Source of the DNA: Octopus sinensis
Taxonomy: Eukaryota
Assembly: GCF_006345805.1 (NCBI RefSeq)
Contig: NC_043013.1
Location: 33,666,001-33,730,000 of the forward strand
DNA: 64,000 nucleotides
Reading direction: 5' to 3'
The notes beneath the pieces were generated by a model. That model ran no database searches, was not told where the DNA came from, and was given only the letters and a program-made list of their open reading frames with translations. A program made the position numbers and the translations under genes. Below, piece after piece: positions 52,701-64,000 of this stretch; the stretch's first letter is position 1; each line of letters begins with the position of its first letter.

Positions 52701-53034
52701 ATTAATCTGAAAAGTTTATTATTCTTACATTGTATGCACGGTCTTTCTTCTTTTTCAGAATAATTATTTCTTTCCTTCATTAGTTTTATTCAGTCATTTA
52801 TTCCTCGGAATACTTAATGATTTCTAACATAGAGAGAATTTCGGATTAAATCGACCCCATGACTTGTTTGATACTTTGCTGTATATGTAGGTAAGGAATG
52901 ATGAAAGAGAAAGTCAAATCTCGGCCTAATTCGAACTCAGAAAGAAGTATGCCCGACACGCTACCAATCTCGGGCAGTACCGGTTTCACGTGTACAGAAG
53001 CAGTTCTATCCTAGATATATGAGTAATACTGATT

Positions 53035-53258
53035 TCAGATTTTTGCACAAGGCCAGGAATTTGGGGGTCAACAATTTAGAGCGGGAGGCGCGGTCGATTA
53101 TCGACCCCGATGTTCATCTGGTACCTATTTTATCGACCCGAAGGGATAAAAGGCAAAGTCGACTTCAGCGGAATTTGAACTCAGAACGGAAAAAAAGCGT
53201 ACGAATTGCTACAAAGCGTTTCACCCGGCGTGCTACCGATTCTCCCAGCTTACCGCCT
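53035..53258 (-). mobile_element. SINE family A
   Basis: Core and head (ctcccagcttaccgcctt). Confidence 0.8.
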
Positions 53259-54547
53259 TATATACGAGCACTATTAAAATGTGGGTAACTCTTGAAATTT
53301 GCAAAAGGTTATCAGCTATTCTGATTAATAAATTGGCACATGGCCAGTAATGTATTTGATTGGTATATTCGGGTTCTTCTATGTTAATTTGACTATCTAG
53401 TAAATCTCTGAACATACATCATTAATTTCATGCTTTGTCGTATAGTAATTAGTTGATAAAACTGCTTGTGCAGTTATTTATCGTTGACTGATAGGAAGGG
53501 TCATGGCTTTACAGAGATGCTTAGGCAATTTCATTTGGTTCAATATATTTTTCCAAAGTGCTAACTTCCTTCTGAAAGTGTTTCAGTACGATAAAGGAGT
53601 AACAACAGAATCCTGATTGAACTCCCCTATCACCACCACCACTACCTCCACCTCACATACACACAATGTTATAAACCCCGCTACCCCCCATACACACAAA
53701 CTCTTCCACCGCCTTTATTCACCACCGCTGCAGACACCGTCAGTGTTGGTGGCGCTGTCACCACCAGATCGACAACTGCTTCTACAGCCCTTGCCACCCC
53801 AATCATCCACCGCCAACACTACCACCACCGATTTGACTAACTCCGCTTCTCCCGTTAATGACTACATAACTACCACCATTATCATCGCTATCACCATTAA
53901 CTCCGACGCTTATCCCGCCAACTCTGTTACCTCAGCTGGTATCACAGCCTGCTCTGTCTTCACTATTACCGGCAGTCAAATAACCTTTAGTGCTTCTCAA
54001 ACATTTTTTAAAACTGTCTCCCATTTTCTTTTACTAACGCCCTTTACCATGATTCCACATAATTAAATACACCACACACAAAAAAACAAAAAAAAATTGC
54101 AGCCGACAAGCCGATCGTCAATAAAGGGCTATTTGCATATAAGACATTTCACCAATATAATATAAAATGTCAAAACAACATTTCAACTACTAATTTTACA
54201 AGATAATTCGCACGTCGAACGGGAAATATTTTTGAAAATTAGAACAACTTCAAGATACATCAACCACCACTCCTACCGCATCTTTTGTTCCGAGTACCCA
54301 CATAAAATTTTCCACGCCCCGCCTGATGGCGACACCTCCCACATTGAAAAGTATTTTCCTTTATGATCTTAAAATGGATATTTAGGTATATGTGGAATAT
54401 AAAGGATAAAGTAATTCTAATTATATTTGAATCAATGACGATATGTTCAGAGTTTCAGTGTCGGTTGATATAATTGTCAGACAAAATTATTTGTCATCAA
54501 GTGTAAGAATGGCATTAGGCACCAACAGAAAACATGATGATGTACTT

Positions 54548-55012
54548 TTGTTCTTTTGATCTTTTTGTTGTTTCAGTCATTTAACTGCAGTCATGCTGGA
54601 GCACCGCTTTGAAGGGTTTTTCAGTTGAACAAATCGACCCAAGGACTTATTCTTTGTAAGCCTACTACTTATTCTATCGGTTTATTTTGCCGAACCGTTA
54701 AATTACGGGAACGCAAACACATCAAAACCGGTTGTCAAGCGGTGATGGGGAGAGGGGACAAACACAGACACAAAGACAAAGACAGGTACACACACGCACA
54801 CACACCACACACATACACACACACACACACAGAAACACACACACATAGATGACGGGCCTCCTATATTTCTCTCTACGAAATCCACTCACAAGGCTTTGGT
54901 CGACCCGAGGCTATAATAAAAGACGCTTGCCCAAGGTGCCACGCAGTGAGACTGGACCCGGAACTGTGTAGTAAGGAAGCAAGCTTCTTGCGACACAGAT
55001 CCGCCTGCGTCT
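54548..55012 (-). mobile_element. SINE family B
   Basis: Tail, internal (CA)n and head are all recognisable. Confidence 0.85.
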
Positions 55013-55399
55013 ATACAAAATTCTAAAGCCCCTAAAAAGAGAACAATTCTCCAAGATTTTAGCATAGCATAATCCCAACACACTATTTAAGAGAACAGAA
55101 AGATAATTATTTGCTAAAAGGAGCATTTTAGCTATTCAGAAGCTTACAAAAACTGATAAATTCACTCAAGTTTTACTACAGCTATGTCAATAGGTCATAA
55201 GGATACAAGAATCATTTTGATGCATGAAGGTATAAATGTGAACTGAAATCTCTTGCGGAAAAAGTGAATTTAAAACGTCATGTGTCTATTTAGACAGCGA
55301 AAATGACTCCTCCATGGTATACTTCAGTTCCAACGAACGATCGATGCCGTAACTATTATGGAATATTTAAAAGATATTCGACGTTACAGAAAAATAATA

Positions 55400-56030
55400 A
55401 TCCTTTCAATTATAGGTACAAGTCTTGAAATTTTAGAGGGCGTGGGCCAGTCGGTTAGATAGACCCCAGTACGCAACTGGTACTTAATTTATCGATCTCG
55501 AAACGATAAAAGTCAATGTCTACCTCGGCGCAATTTGAACACAGACGTAGCGCCAGACAATACTCCACTAAGCATTTCGTCCAGCGTGCTAACGATTCTG
55601 CCAGCCCACCGCCACTTTGATAACAATAATAATGATTTCAGATTTTCCAACAAGGGCAGCAATTTCGGGGAAGGGGATGAGTCGATTACATCGACCCCAG
55701 TGTTCAATTGGTAGTTATTTTATTGACTCCGAAAGGAGGAAAGGTGAAGGTGACCTAGGCGGAATTTGAACGCAGAACGTAGTGACGGGAGAAATACTGC
55801 TATGCATTTCGTCCGGCGCGCTAAGGATTCTGCCAGCTCGTCAACTTTTTGATAATAATTCTCCTTTTTACTATAGGCACAAGGCCTAATATTTTGAGGG
55901 AGAGGATGAGTCGATTACATCGACTCCAGTCTTTCACTGGTACTTCTTTGAACTTAGAATGTAACAAAGGGCGAAGTACCACTAACCATTTCGAGCAGCC
56001 TGCTAACGATTCTACCAGCTCGCCGCCTCT
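55400..56030 (-). mobile_element. Three consecutive diverged SINE family A copies
   Basis: The head acgattctgccagc(c/t)c occurs at about 55600, 55835 and 56015. Confidence 0.8.
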
Positions 56031-56034
56031 TCAA

Positions 56035-56268
56035 TAATAATAATAATAATAATAGTAGTAGTAGTAGTAGTAATAATAATAATAATAATAGTAATAGTAG
56101 TAATAATAATAATAATAATAGTAATAGTAGTAATAATAATAATAATAATAGTAGTAGTAGTAATAATAATAATAATAATAGTAATAGTAGTAATAATAAT
56201 AATAGTAGTAATAATAGTAATAATAATAGTAATAATAATAGTAGTATTAATAATAGTAGTAGTAGTAA

Positions 56269-56310
<42 letters not shown>
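56035..56310. repeat. (AAT)n/(AGT)n composite with a higher-order period
   Basis: Read directly from the sequence. Confidence 0.95.
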
Positions 56311-56312
<2 letters not shown>

Positions 56313-56319
56313 AGAATAA

Positions 56320-57010
56320 CCAGAAACGGAGGCTCTAATCTGTGCTGCATAAGAGCAAGCACTAATAACAAACTACATAAAACACAGAATAGACAACACA
56401 GCAGAAAGTGACAAATGTAAAATCTGTGGACAAAACGGTGAAGCCGTATGGCCTATTACCAGCCAATGTAAAGCCACTAGTCCAGAAGGAATATAAGAGA
56501 CGCCACGACAATATAGCCAGGCTTGTCTATTGGACACTTTGCAGCAAGTATAGACTTGACAGAGCAAAAAATTGGTACGACCACAAACTTGAAGGCATCA
56601 TCGAAAATAGTAATGCAAAGATCCTATGGGATTTTATGGTTCAGTGCGACCATGAAATGGAGAATAGGAAGCCAAACATAGTCTTAATTGAGAAAGAAAC
56701 TAAACTATGCTGGATCATAGATATAGCATGCCCAGCTGACAACAAGGTATGCGATAAGGAAGAAAGAAAAGTCAAGAGATATGACAGGTTAGTTTGGGAA
56801 GTTAAGCAGTTGTGGGCGATGTAAAAGGTGGTAGTAGTACCAGTAATTGTCGGAGTACTGAGAACAGTGAGTAAAAATCTCGAGAAGTACATGGAACAAA
56901 TGGGGGCTGCAATAAGGGTGGAGCACTTGCAGAAAACAGCACTGCTTGGAAACGCTCAAATACTCCTGAAGGTGCTGGAAAAATAAGAGCGTTAGAAGCT
57001 GTGCAAAGGC
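56320..57010 (+). mobile_element. R4/Dong-like RLE LINE 3' fragment (zinc knuckle plus RLE)
   Basis: ETEALICAA*EQAL...DKCKICGQNGE...EYKRRHDNIA...LWDF...RKPNIVLIEK...IIDIACPAD...KVKRYDRL...LQKTALLG; ends ...gcaaaggc(aat)n. Confidence 0.92.
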
Positions 57011-57034
57011 AATAATAATAATAATAATAATTTT

Positions 57035-57220
57035 ACCACAAGGGCAGCTTGTGCGGGGGCACTGAGTCGATTACATCGACCCCAGTGTTTCACTGTGTAC
57101 CTAATTTCTCGACCCCGAAAGGGCGAAAGGCAAAGTCGACCTCGGTGGAATTTGAACCCAGAACGTAGCGACGGGTGAAATATTCGCCCGGCGTGCTAAC
57201 GATTCTGCCAAATCACCTCC
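57035..57220 (-). mobile_element. SINE family A
   Basis: Core cccgaaagggcgaaaggcaaagtcgacctcgg. Confidence 0.85.
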
Positions 57221-57241
57221 TTTGCATTAATAATAATAATA

Positions 57242-57288
<47 letters not shown>

Positions 57289-57289
57289 G

Positions 57290-57840
57290 CTTCTGATCTT
57301 AACTGATTGGAAGTGTTATCATGTACATTGTTTTGTCTTGGTATAAAAGATGGGCTACAGCAAATATTCTGCTCAATACCATAGATTTGCTTGTCAGTTG
57401 TTTGACCATAACCAGTTGAGTATGTCCCTTAGTGGCTGACGATATGTGCATCTCTGATCACAAGCAGAAGTAGTGGGGGAGCATCATAGCCATGTGTTGA
57501 GAGGGATTATTTGGGGTTTGAATAATTCACCTTTGGAAACATAGGTGTTTTGTTCATCATCCTTAAAACAAACCTTATTTAGGGACCTTTTGAGCAGGAT
57601 GGGTTACTCAACCTGAAGAAAATTCTAACTGAGCCCCACCTGCAAGGTCATGTGCTGTTTATCTTGATATGATATCACCATGTCGCGCACATATGGTTGT
57701 GATGCATGTGCCTGGTGTACCCTTATCAGACGGGTAGTCATGATGGGTATATTGGGCTTCGTATATTTTACCCCAGTGTCACTTTGATGGCATGAACTGC
57801 TCTCGCACTCAATAATAATAATAATAATAATAATAATAAT
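57290..57840 (+). mobile_element. ~540-bp non-coding repeat embedded in (AAT)n
   Basis: Flanked by (aat)n on both sides; a second partial copy lies at 20301-20612; no convincing ORF. Confidence 0.75.
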
Positions 57841-58309
57841 TGTTTCTAATTTAAGGACAACGCCAGCATTGTACGGAGGTAATTAGTCGATAAAATCAAC
57901 CCAAGTACTCGATTTTCTTTATCCCGACGCGGGGTTGGTGATTGAATGACAAAGTTAATTTAAACACAGGATTTAAACACAGGACGTACAAATCCAGAAA
58001 TATCACCCGTCAGTTGTGTTTCGAAGCTCTGAAATAACTTCTAGCTCACTTCTCCAATATCGTTTTTAATTTCGGCAGAAGATCTGAAATATTGAAGAGA
58101 GTAGAATGTCGACTCTTGTGCTCAGCTGGTATTTATTGTATCGAGCCCGAAAGGATGGAAGGGGAAGTAACACAGATGCTAAAAGGCATCACTTCGCAAG
58201 GGGTCCAGCAGTGTTTTGAATTGTGAAAAACGCTTCTAACCGATAGATTACTTGAAAAAGGGAAAACTTTGAAGGCTATAAAAGTGAAAGCGTATAAAAT
58301 TAAGTGAAT

Positions 58310-58356
58310 AAAATGACATTACAAAATTCCCGGCTTCTTTTAGGTACCCCCTCGTA
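58310..58356 (-). mobile_element. Mariner-like solo terminus
   Basis: The minus strand reads TA-cgagggggtacctaaaagaagccggg. Confidence 0.3.
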
Positions 58357-58376
58357 TGTGTATGTATCTATATATG

Positions 58377-58436
<60 letters not shown>

Positions 58437-58738
58437 TAGATAGATAAATAGATGTGTAGTTTGATGTATATCTAGCTAGCTACTTAGCAAACTATAGAAA
58501 AACGCTGAATAAAATTGGTATTAAAATTACTATAGCTTCATCCTTTAATTCTTCGGATTACAATCTGGAGAATCAAAAGATGAAACTATAGTAATTTTTT
58601 ATACCGATTTCATTCAGCTTTCATAATTGTTTGTATTACTCTGAAAAGAAAAGAAAAATATTGAGTTTTTTTCTTTTTCTTTTCGCTATAGTTTATACCT
58701 TTATAGAAATTCTAAATCCTTTCTCTCACTTACTCGTT

Positions 58739-58746
<8 letters not shown>

Positions 58747-58776
<30 letters not shown>

Positions 58777-58846
58777 GTCTTTCCCATTCTTTCTCGTTGA
58801 ATATGTATGTATATATGTGTCTATATATATATATATATATATATAC

Positions 58847-58885
<39 letters not shown>

Positions 58886-58922
58886 TGTGTCTGTGTGATT
58901 TTTTGTCAGTTTGTGTGTGTGT

Positions 58923-58960
<38 letters not shown>

Positions 58961-59004
58961 AGTTTGTCTTTCCCATTCTTTCTCGTTGAATATGTATGTA
59001 TATA

Positions 59005-59076
<72 letters not shown>

Positions 59077-59109
59077 TGTGTCTGTGTGATTTTTTGTCAG
59101 TTTGTGTGT

Positions 59110-59140
<31 letters not shown>
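58747..59140. repeat. Tandem duplication of a ~190-bp composite-microsatellite cassette
   Basis: cagtttgtctttcccattctttctcgttgaatatg...gtgattttttgtcagtttg occurs twice. Confidence 0.92.
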
Positions 59141-59206
<66 letters not shown>

Positions 59207-59524
59207 TTTTATTTACTTATGTATTCTTCCATTTAATTATCTAGCAGCTAAACAGCGATCGTATTTAACAGCAATGATTTATAACTAAGCATCAAGCTTC
59301 CTCCGGGATCGCTTGTTGCTTGTACCACAGCAGCGATACACTGAGCCTATCCCTTTCCTGATGCATTTTGTCACATCAGCTTAGGAATATATCAGTTTGA
59401 ACAACAACAAAATCATGATCATGGACACTGATATCAACAGTAACATAACATTATCCAACTTCCTGTTTTTTTGACTTTCAGGTCAGTGACCATGACACTG
59501 CAGAGCGCCAAAAGTTTGAATACT

Positions 59525-59767
59525 CTCTTTCATCTTTTACACTTTTACTTGTTTCAGTCATTTGACTGCGGCCATGCTAGAGCACCGCCTTTAGTCGAGC
59601 AAATCGATCCCAGGACTTATTCTTTGTAAGCGTAGTACTTATTGCATTGGTCTATTTTGCCAAACCGCTAAATTACGGGGACGTAAACACACCACCATCA
59701 GTTGTCAAGCGATGTTGGGGAGGGAGGGAGACAAACACAGACACACAAACATATACACATACATACA

Positions 59768-59820
<53 letters not shown>

Positions 59821-59985
59821 CATAAATATGACGGGTTTTCTTCAGTTTCCGTCTACCAAATCCACTCACAAGGTTTAGTCGGCCCGAGGCTATAGTAGAA
59901 GACACTTGCCCAAGGTGCCATGCAGTGGGAATGAACCCGGAAACATGTGGTTGGAAAGCCGACTACTTACCACACACCTACTCCT
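59525..59985 (-). mobile_element. SINE family B, full length
   Basis: Tail ttttacttgtttcagtcatttgactgcggccatgc; head cttaccacacacctactcc. Confidence 0.88.
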
Positions 59986-60879
59986 ACTTCAAAATAAATT
60001 AATAAAATGTGAATGTTCCATATTTGCTGGTATCTAAGATGCATTCTCGCATAAGAAATATCCTTACTTTTAGATGGAAAAAAATATTTTGTAGGAAAAG
60101 TAAGTTTAATATGTTTCACCATATCCCCATACACCCGGTACCCCATTCATAAAATGGTCGCATTAGACACTTGACCATTTTTGTTAGAGTTAAGAAAAAG
60201 ATTAAAAGCGCTTTTTCATACACTAACACATACGGTAAAGCATATTGTAATGATTATGCCACTGTGAAACTACCATTGCTCCAATAATTGGTCTACAGTC
60301 AAGTGCATCTCCAAAGCATTTATAAAAGCTTGCTATTTAGCATTAGGTCAGCTCTTATCAAGCAAACTTTTAAGTTAGGGCTCTCCAGATGTGGCCATCT
60401 TGTCTTTCCTTGCATGCGTTTTATATCTAGCACTATATCATGCAATGTGTATTTCATTTAATAAGGTATTAACATACGGGTGTAATTTGAGCGAAATTTG
60501 GCTAATATTTTTAGCAGGTTTCATCTAGAGGTTATCTTGTTGGGACGTTGTCGCCTTTGTAAGATTAACATATATACTCAATGCAACTGAATTCTACAGC
60601 TTCGGTCTCTCCGCTTGGTCAGAAGCTGTAGCAAAAGATACTTTTGTAACAAGTTACGCAACGATATAGAACTACGGATTTGGTGATTGCAAAACGAACT
60701 TCTGAAACACTCAACCATACTTAACTATGATATTCATTTATCGTCATATATATATATACATATAGAATACAAAATGGGACACGAACGCAAAACATCCGGA
60801 CAGCTAGGTGATACAAAAAGGGACAACAAAACATCCAGATAGACGATACAAAAAAAAAAACTAGGACGGGTCATTCGGG

Positions 60880-61098
60880 TACAATAATTGTCGGAGCCCT
60901 GGGGAACAGTGAGTAAAAATCTTGAGAAGTACATGGAACAAATAAGGGCTGCAATAAGTGTAGGGCACTTGCAGAAAACAGCACTGCTTGAAACCGCTCG
61001 AATACTCCGGAAAGTGCATGGAAAATAAGGTGTTACCTTAGTTCACTGGTAGCGAACAGTTGAAACTGTAGTACATCTGCTTTAGAAGCTGTTCAAAG
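60880..61098 (+). mobile_element. R4/Dong-like RLE LINE, extreme 3' fragment
   Basis: IIVGAL..TVSKNLEKYMEQIRAAI...LQKTALL; same 3' end tagaagctg.tcaaaggcaat as the copies at 57000 and 20965. Confidence 0.85.
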
Positions 61099-61112
61099 GC
61101 AATGATAATATT

Positions 61113-61186
<74 letters not shown>

Positions 61187-61320
61187 ATATATATATATGC
61201 GTGTATTTGAATATATATTTACATATTTTATGTATGTATATATTTATATATATATATCTACACACACACATACATACGTACGCACATACATACATGCATG
61301 TCTACATACACACACACACA

Positions 61321-61375
<55 letters not shown>

Positions 61376-61805
61376 ATATACATATATATATATGTATGCG
61401 TGTATGTCAATATCTGCCCTTGGGCTATACTCCCATACTAAACAAAAACTAGCAACGCCATCTCCAATATCAATTTCATCGACCACCAAAAACAACCGCA
61501 TCTAGTTGTGCCAAGACGAGAGTCTCTATGTGGTCGCTGGACTTCCTAAAAATAGCAGCCATTTCTCCTTCAAATCAAACCCAATCGTTTTAGGGAAGAA
61601 CGCCTTGAGAAATGTGGTACTGAGTTCCGTGTATATGCAAAAAAGACGGGAGGGTCATGTATGGAATACCTTTGATCATTAGACTGCTCGATCAAGGCTG
61701 ATCTGGGACTGCATAACATCAACAAAAACAACAAACAGTGCCATGACACTGACGACCACCACTACCAACAACAGAAAGTATGGCCAATATTACATTCGCA
61801 ACCAA

Positions 61806-62860
61806 AGCGGCGAAGTGGCAGAATCGTTGGTGCGCCGGGCAAAATGCTTAGCAGTATTTTGTCTGTGAGGATTCAATTCCGCCGAGGTTGACTTTGCCTT
61901 TCCTCCTTCTGGAGCCGATAAAATAGGTACCAGTTGAACTCTTAATGCCTTCCTTGAAATTACTGGCCTTGTGCCAAATCAAGAAACCAGTATTACATTC
62001 GCGCCCAAGGTAGCAAACTGGCAGAATCGTTAGCACGCAGGGTTCAATGTTTTGCAGTATTGCGGCTATCTTCCTATTCTGAGTTCAAATCCCACCGAGG
62101 TCGACTTTGCCTTTCATTTCTTTCAGGGTCGGTAAAATAAGTACCAGTTAAACACTGGGGTCGATGTAATCCACTTAACTCCTTCCTTGAAATTGCTTGC
62201 CTTGTGCCAAAATTTGAAACTAATATTTCATGTTCTACCTTAAGGCGGTAAGCTGGCAGAAACGTTAACACGACGAAATGGTTACCGGTATTTCGTCTAT
62301 AGTTTCATCCTTTCGGGGTCGATTAAATTAGCACCAGTTACGCACTGGACTGGGGTCGACATAATCGACATAATCCGTTTGTCTGTCCTTGTTTGAGCCC
62401 TCTGTGTGTAGCCCTTTGTGGGCAATAAAGAAATAAGAAGCGTTAGCACGCCGGGCGAAATGATTAGTGATATTTCGTCTGCCGTTAAGTTCTGAGTTCA
62501 AATTCCGCCGAGGTCGACTTTGCCTTTCATCCTTTCGGGGTCGATAAATTAAGTACCAGTTCCGCACTGGGATCGATGTAATCGACTTAATCCGTTTGTC
62601 TGTCCTTGTCTGTCTCCTCTATGTTTAGCCCCTTGTGGGCAATAAAGAAATAAAAAACGTTAGCACGTCGGTCAAAATGCTTAGCGGGATTTCGCCCCAC
62701 CTTCCCGTTCTGAATCCAAATTTAGTCAAGATCACCAATGCCCCTTATCCTTTCGGGGGTCGATGAAATAAGTGGCAGCCGAGTAGCAAGGTCAGTTTAA
62801 TCGAATTACCTATCCTCCTAAGTTGTTGGTCCTCAGCCAAAATTTGAAATCGATATTACA
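61806..62860 (+). mobile_element. Cluster of about 5 SINE family A copies, the last three head-to-tail
   Basis: Junctions aaagaaataagaagcgttagcac (about 62430) and aaagaaataaaaaacgttagcac (about 62645). Confidence 0.87.
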
Positions 62861-62909
62861 TTCGTTACCACCATCACCACCATCACCACCACCACCACCA
62901 TGACTAATA

Positions 62910-63385
62910 CTCCTTTCTACTGCAGGCACAAGTCCTGAAATTTTGTGGGAGAGGGCTAGTCAATTACATAGACCCTTCTCTGTTCAGCTGCTATCAAATT
63001 TCATTGAAATGATGAAAGTAAAGTCGACCTCAGTGGAATTTGATCTCAGTACGTAAAAACGGACGAAATGCTGCTAAGCATTTTATCCGGCGTGCTAACT
63101 GCCGTTACTAATACCAGCATTACAAGAACCGTTAATAGTAACCACCACCATCACCACCACCAAGAGCGCGAACTGGTAAAATCGTTAGCACATCGGAAGA
63201 AATTGTTAGCGGCATTTCGTCAGTCCTCGTGTTCTGAGCTCAAATTCCGCTGAGCTTCACTTTGTCATTCTTCGTTCCGGGATCGATAAAATAAATACCA
63301 GTAGAGCACTGGGGTCAACATAATCGAACTTAAAGACGATTCTCAAAATTGCTGGCCTTGTGTCTAATTTTGAAGTCATTATTAC
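62910..63385. mobile_element. Two divergently oriented SINE family A copies (minus 62910-63110, plus 63165-63385)
   Basis: The core motif is present in both orientations. Confidence 0.75.
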
Positions 63386-63394
63386 CACCACTAG

Positions 63395-63815
63395 CACCAC
63401 CTCCACCACCACTCTCACTAATACCGCAACCACGACAACTACCAATGCAACTATCACCACAACCACTAATACTACCACATTTACTAATATCTCTTCTACA
63501 ACAACCACTAATACTATCACCGCCGCCACAACCACCACCACAACCGCTACTACCACCACCACCATCATCACCACCACCACCACTTCCACCGCCGCCGCCA
63601 CAACCATCGCCATAACCACCACCACCACCACCGTCACCACTACCACCATCACCACCACCACCACCATCAACACCGCCACAACCATCGCCATAACCACCAC
63701 CACCACCACCACCACCGTCCGCCATCATCATCATTACAAACACCACCACCATCATCACCACCACCATCACCGCCGCCGCCGTCGCCACCGCCATAGACAC
63801 CACTGCCGCCGCCAC
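63395..63815. repeat. ACC-rich low-complexity tract
   Basis: Read directly; includes an internal duplicate gccacaaccatcgccataaccacc. Confidence 0.9.
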
Positions 63816-64000
63816 CACAGTCTCCACAACATCTCTGCATCTTTCGTGCACAAGCACATCTGCATACACCTCACACAATGAAATGAGCAAGTTATCAAGG
63901 AATTTAGCTTTTGTTTTCTCTTTTTTTGTTGTTTTTCGCTCTTTTAATTCTTGCTTGTTTCTAATTTTAAATTTTAAAATTTTGTCACCGTTGTTGTTAT

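Noticed and set aside
60594-60631. 10-bp perfect hairpin ctacagcttc/gaagctgtag
   Set aside because: Too short for a pre-miRNA, does not fit hammerhead topology, and an isolated stem of this size is expected occasionally by chance.

Overview
This is AT-rich, extremely repeat-dense eukaryotic DNA. The SINE families and microsatellite load resemble octopus (coleoid cephalopod) genomes; that assignment comes from recall, not a database search. I found no host protein-coding gene that I can support, and almost all ORFs in the supplied track are translations of microsatellites. The window is intergenic or deep-intronic and is built from: at least four tRNA-related SINE families (some with clean target-site duplications, TSDs); a 5'-truncated Penelope-like element (RT plus GIY-YIG); six fragments of R4/Dong-type restriction-like-endonuclease (RLE) LINEs, most next to (AAT)n; a decayed Tx1/L1-type RT; an internally deleted mariner carrying a SINE; and MITE-like ends. 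The most interesting signal is a set of minimal type-I hammerhead-ribozyme-like motifs at 16526-16566, 17461-17510, 45667-45704 and 46447-46485. One lies at the Penelope 3' end and the others lie in short non-coding units embedded in (TA)n arrays, suggesting Penelope-dependent retrozyme-like elements. I see no clear evidence for a wholly new system beyond that.
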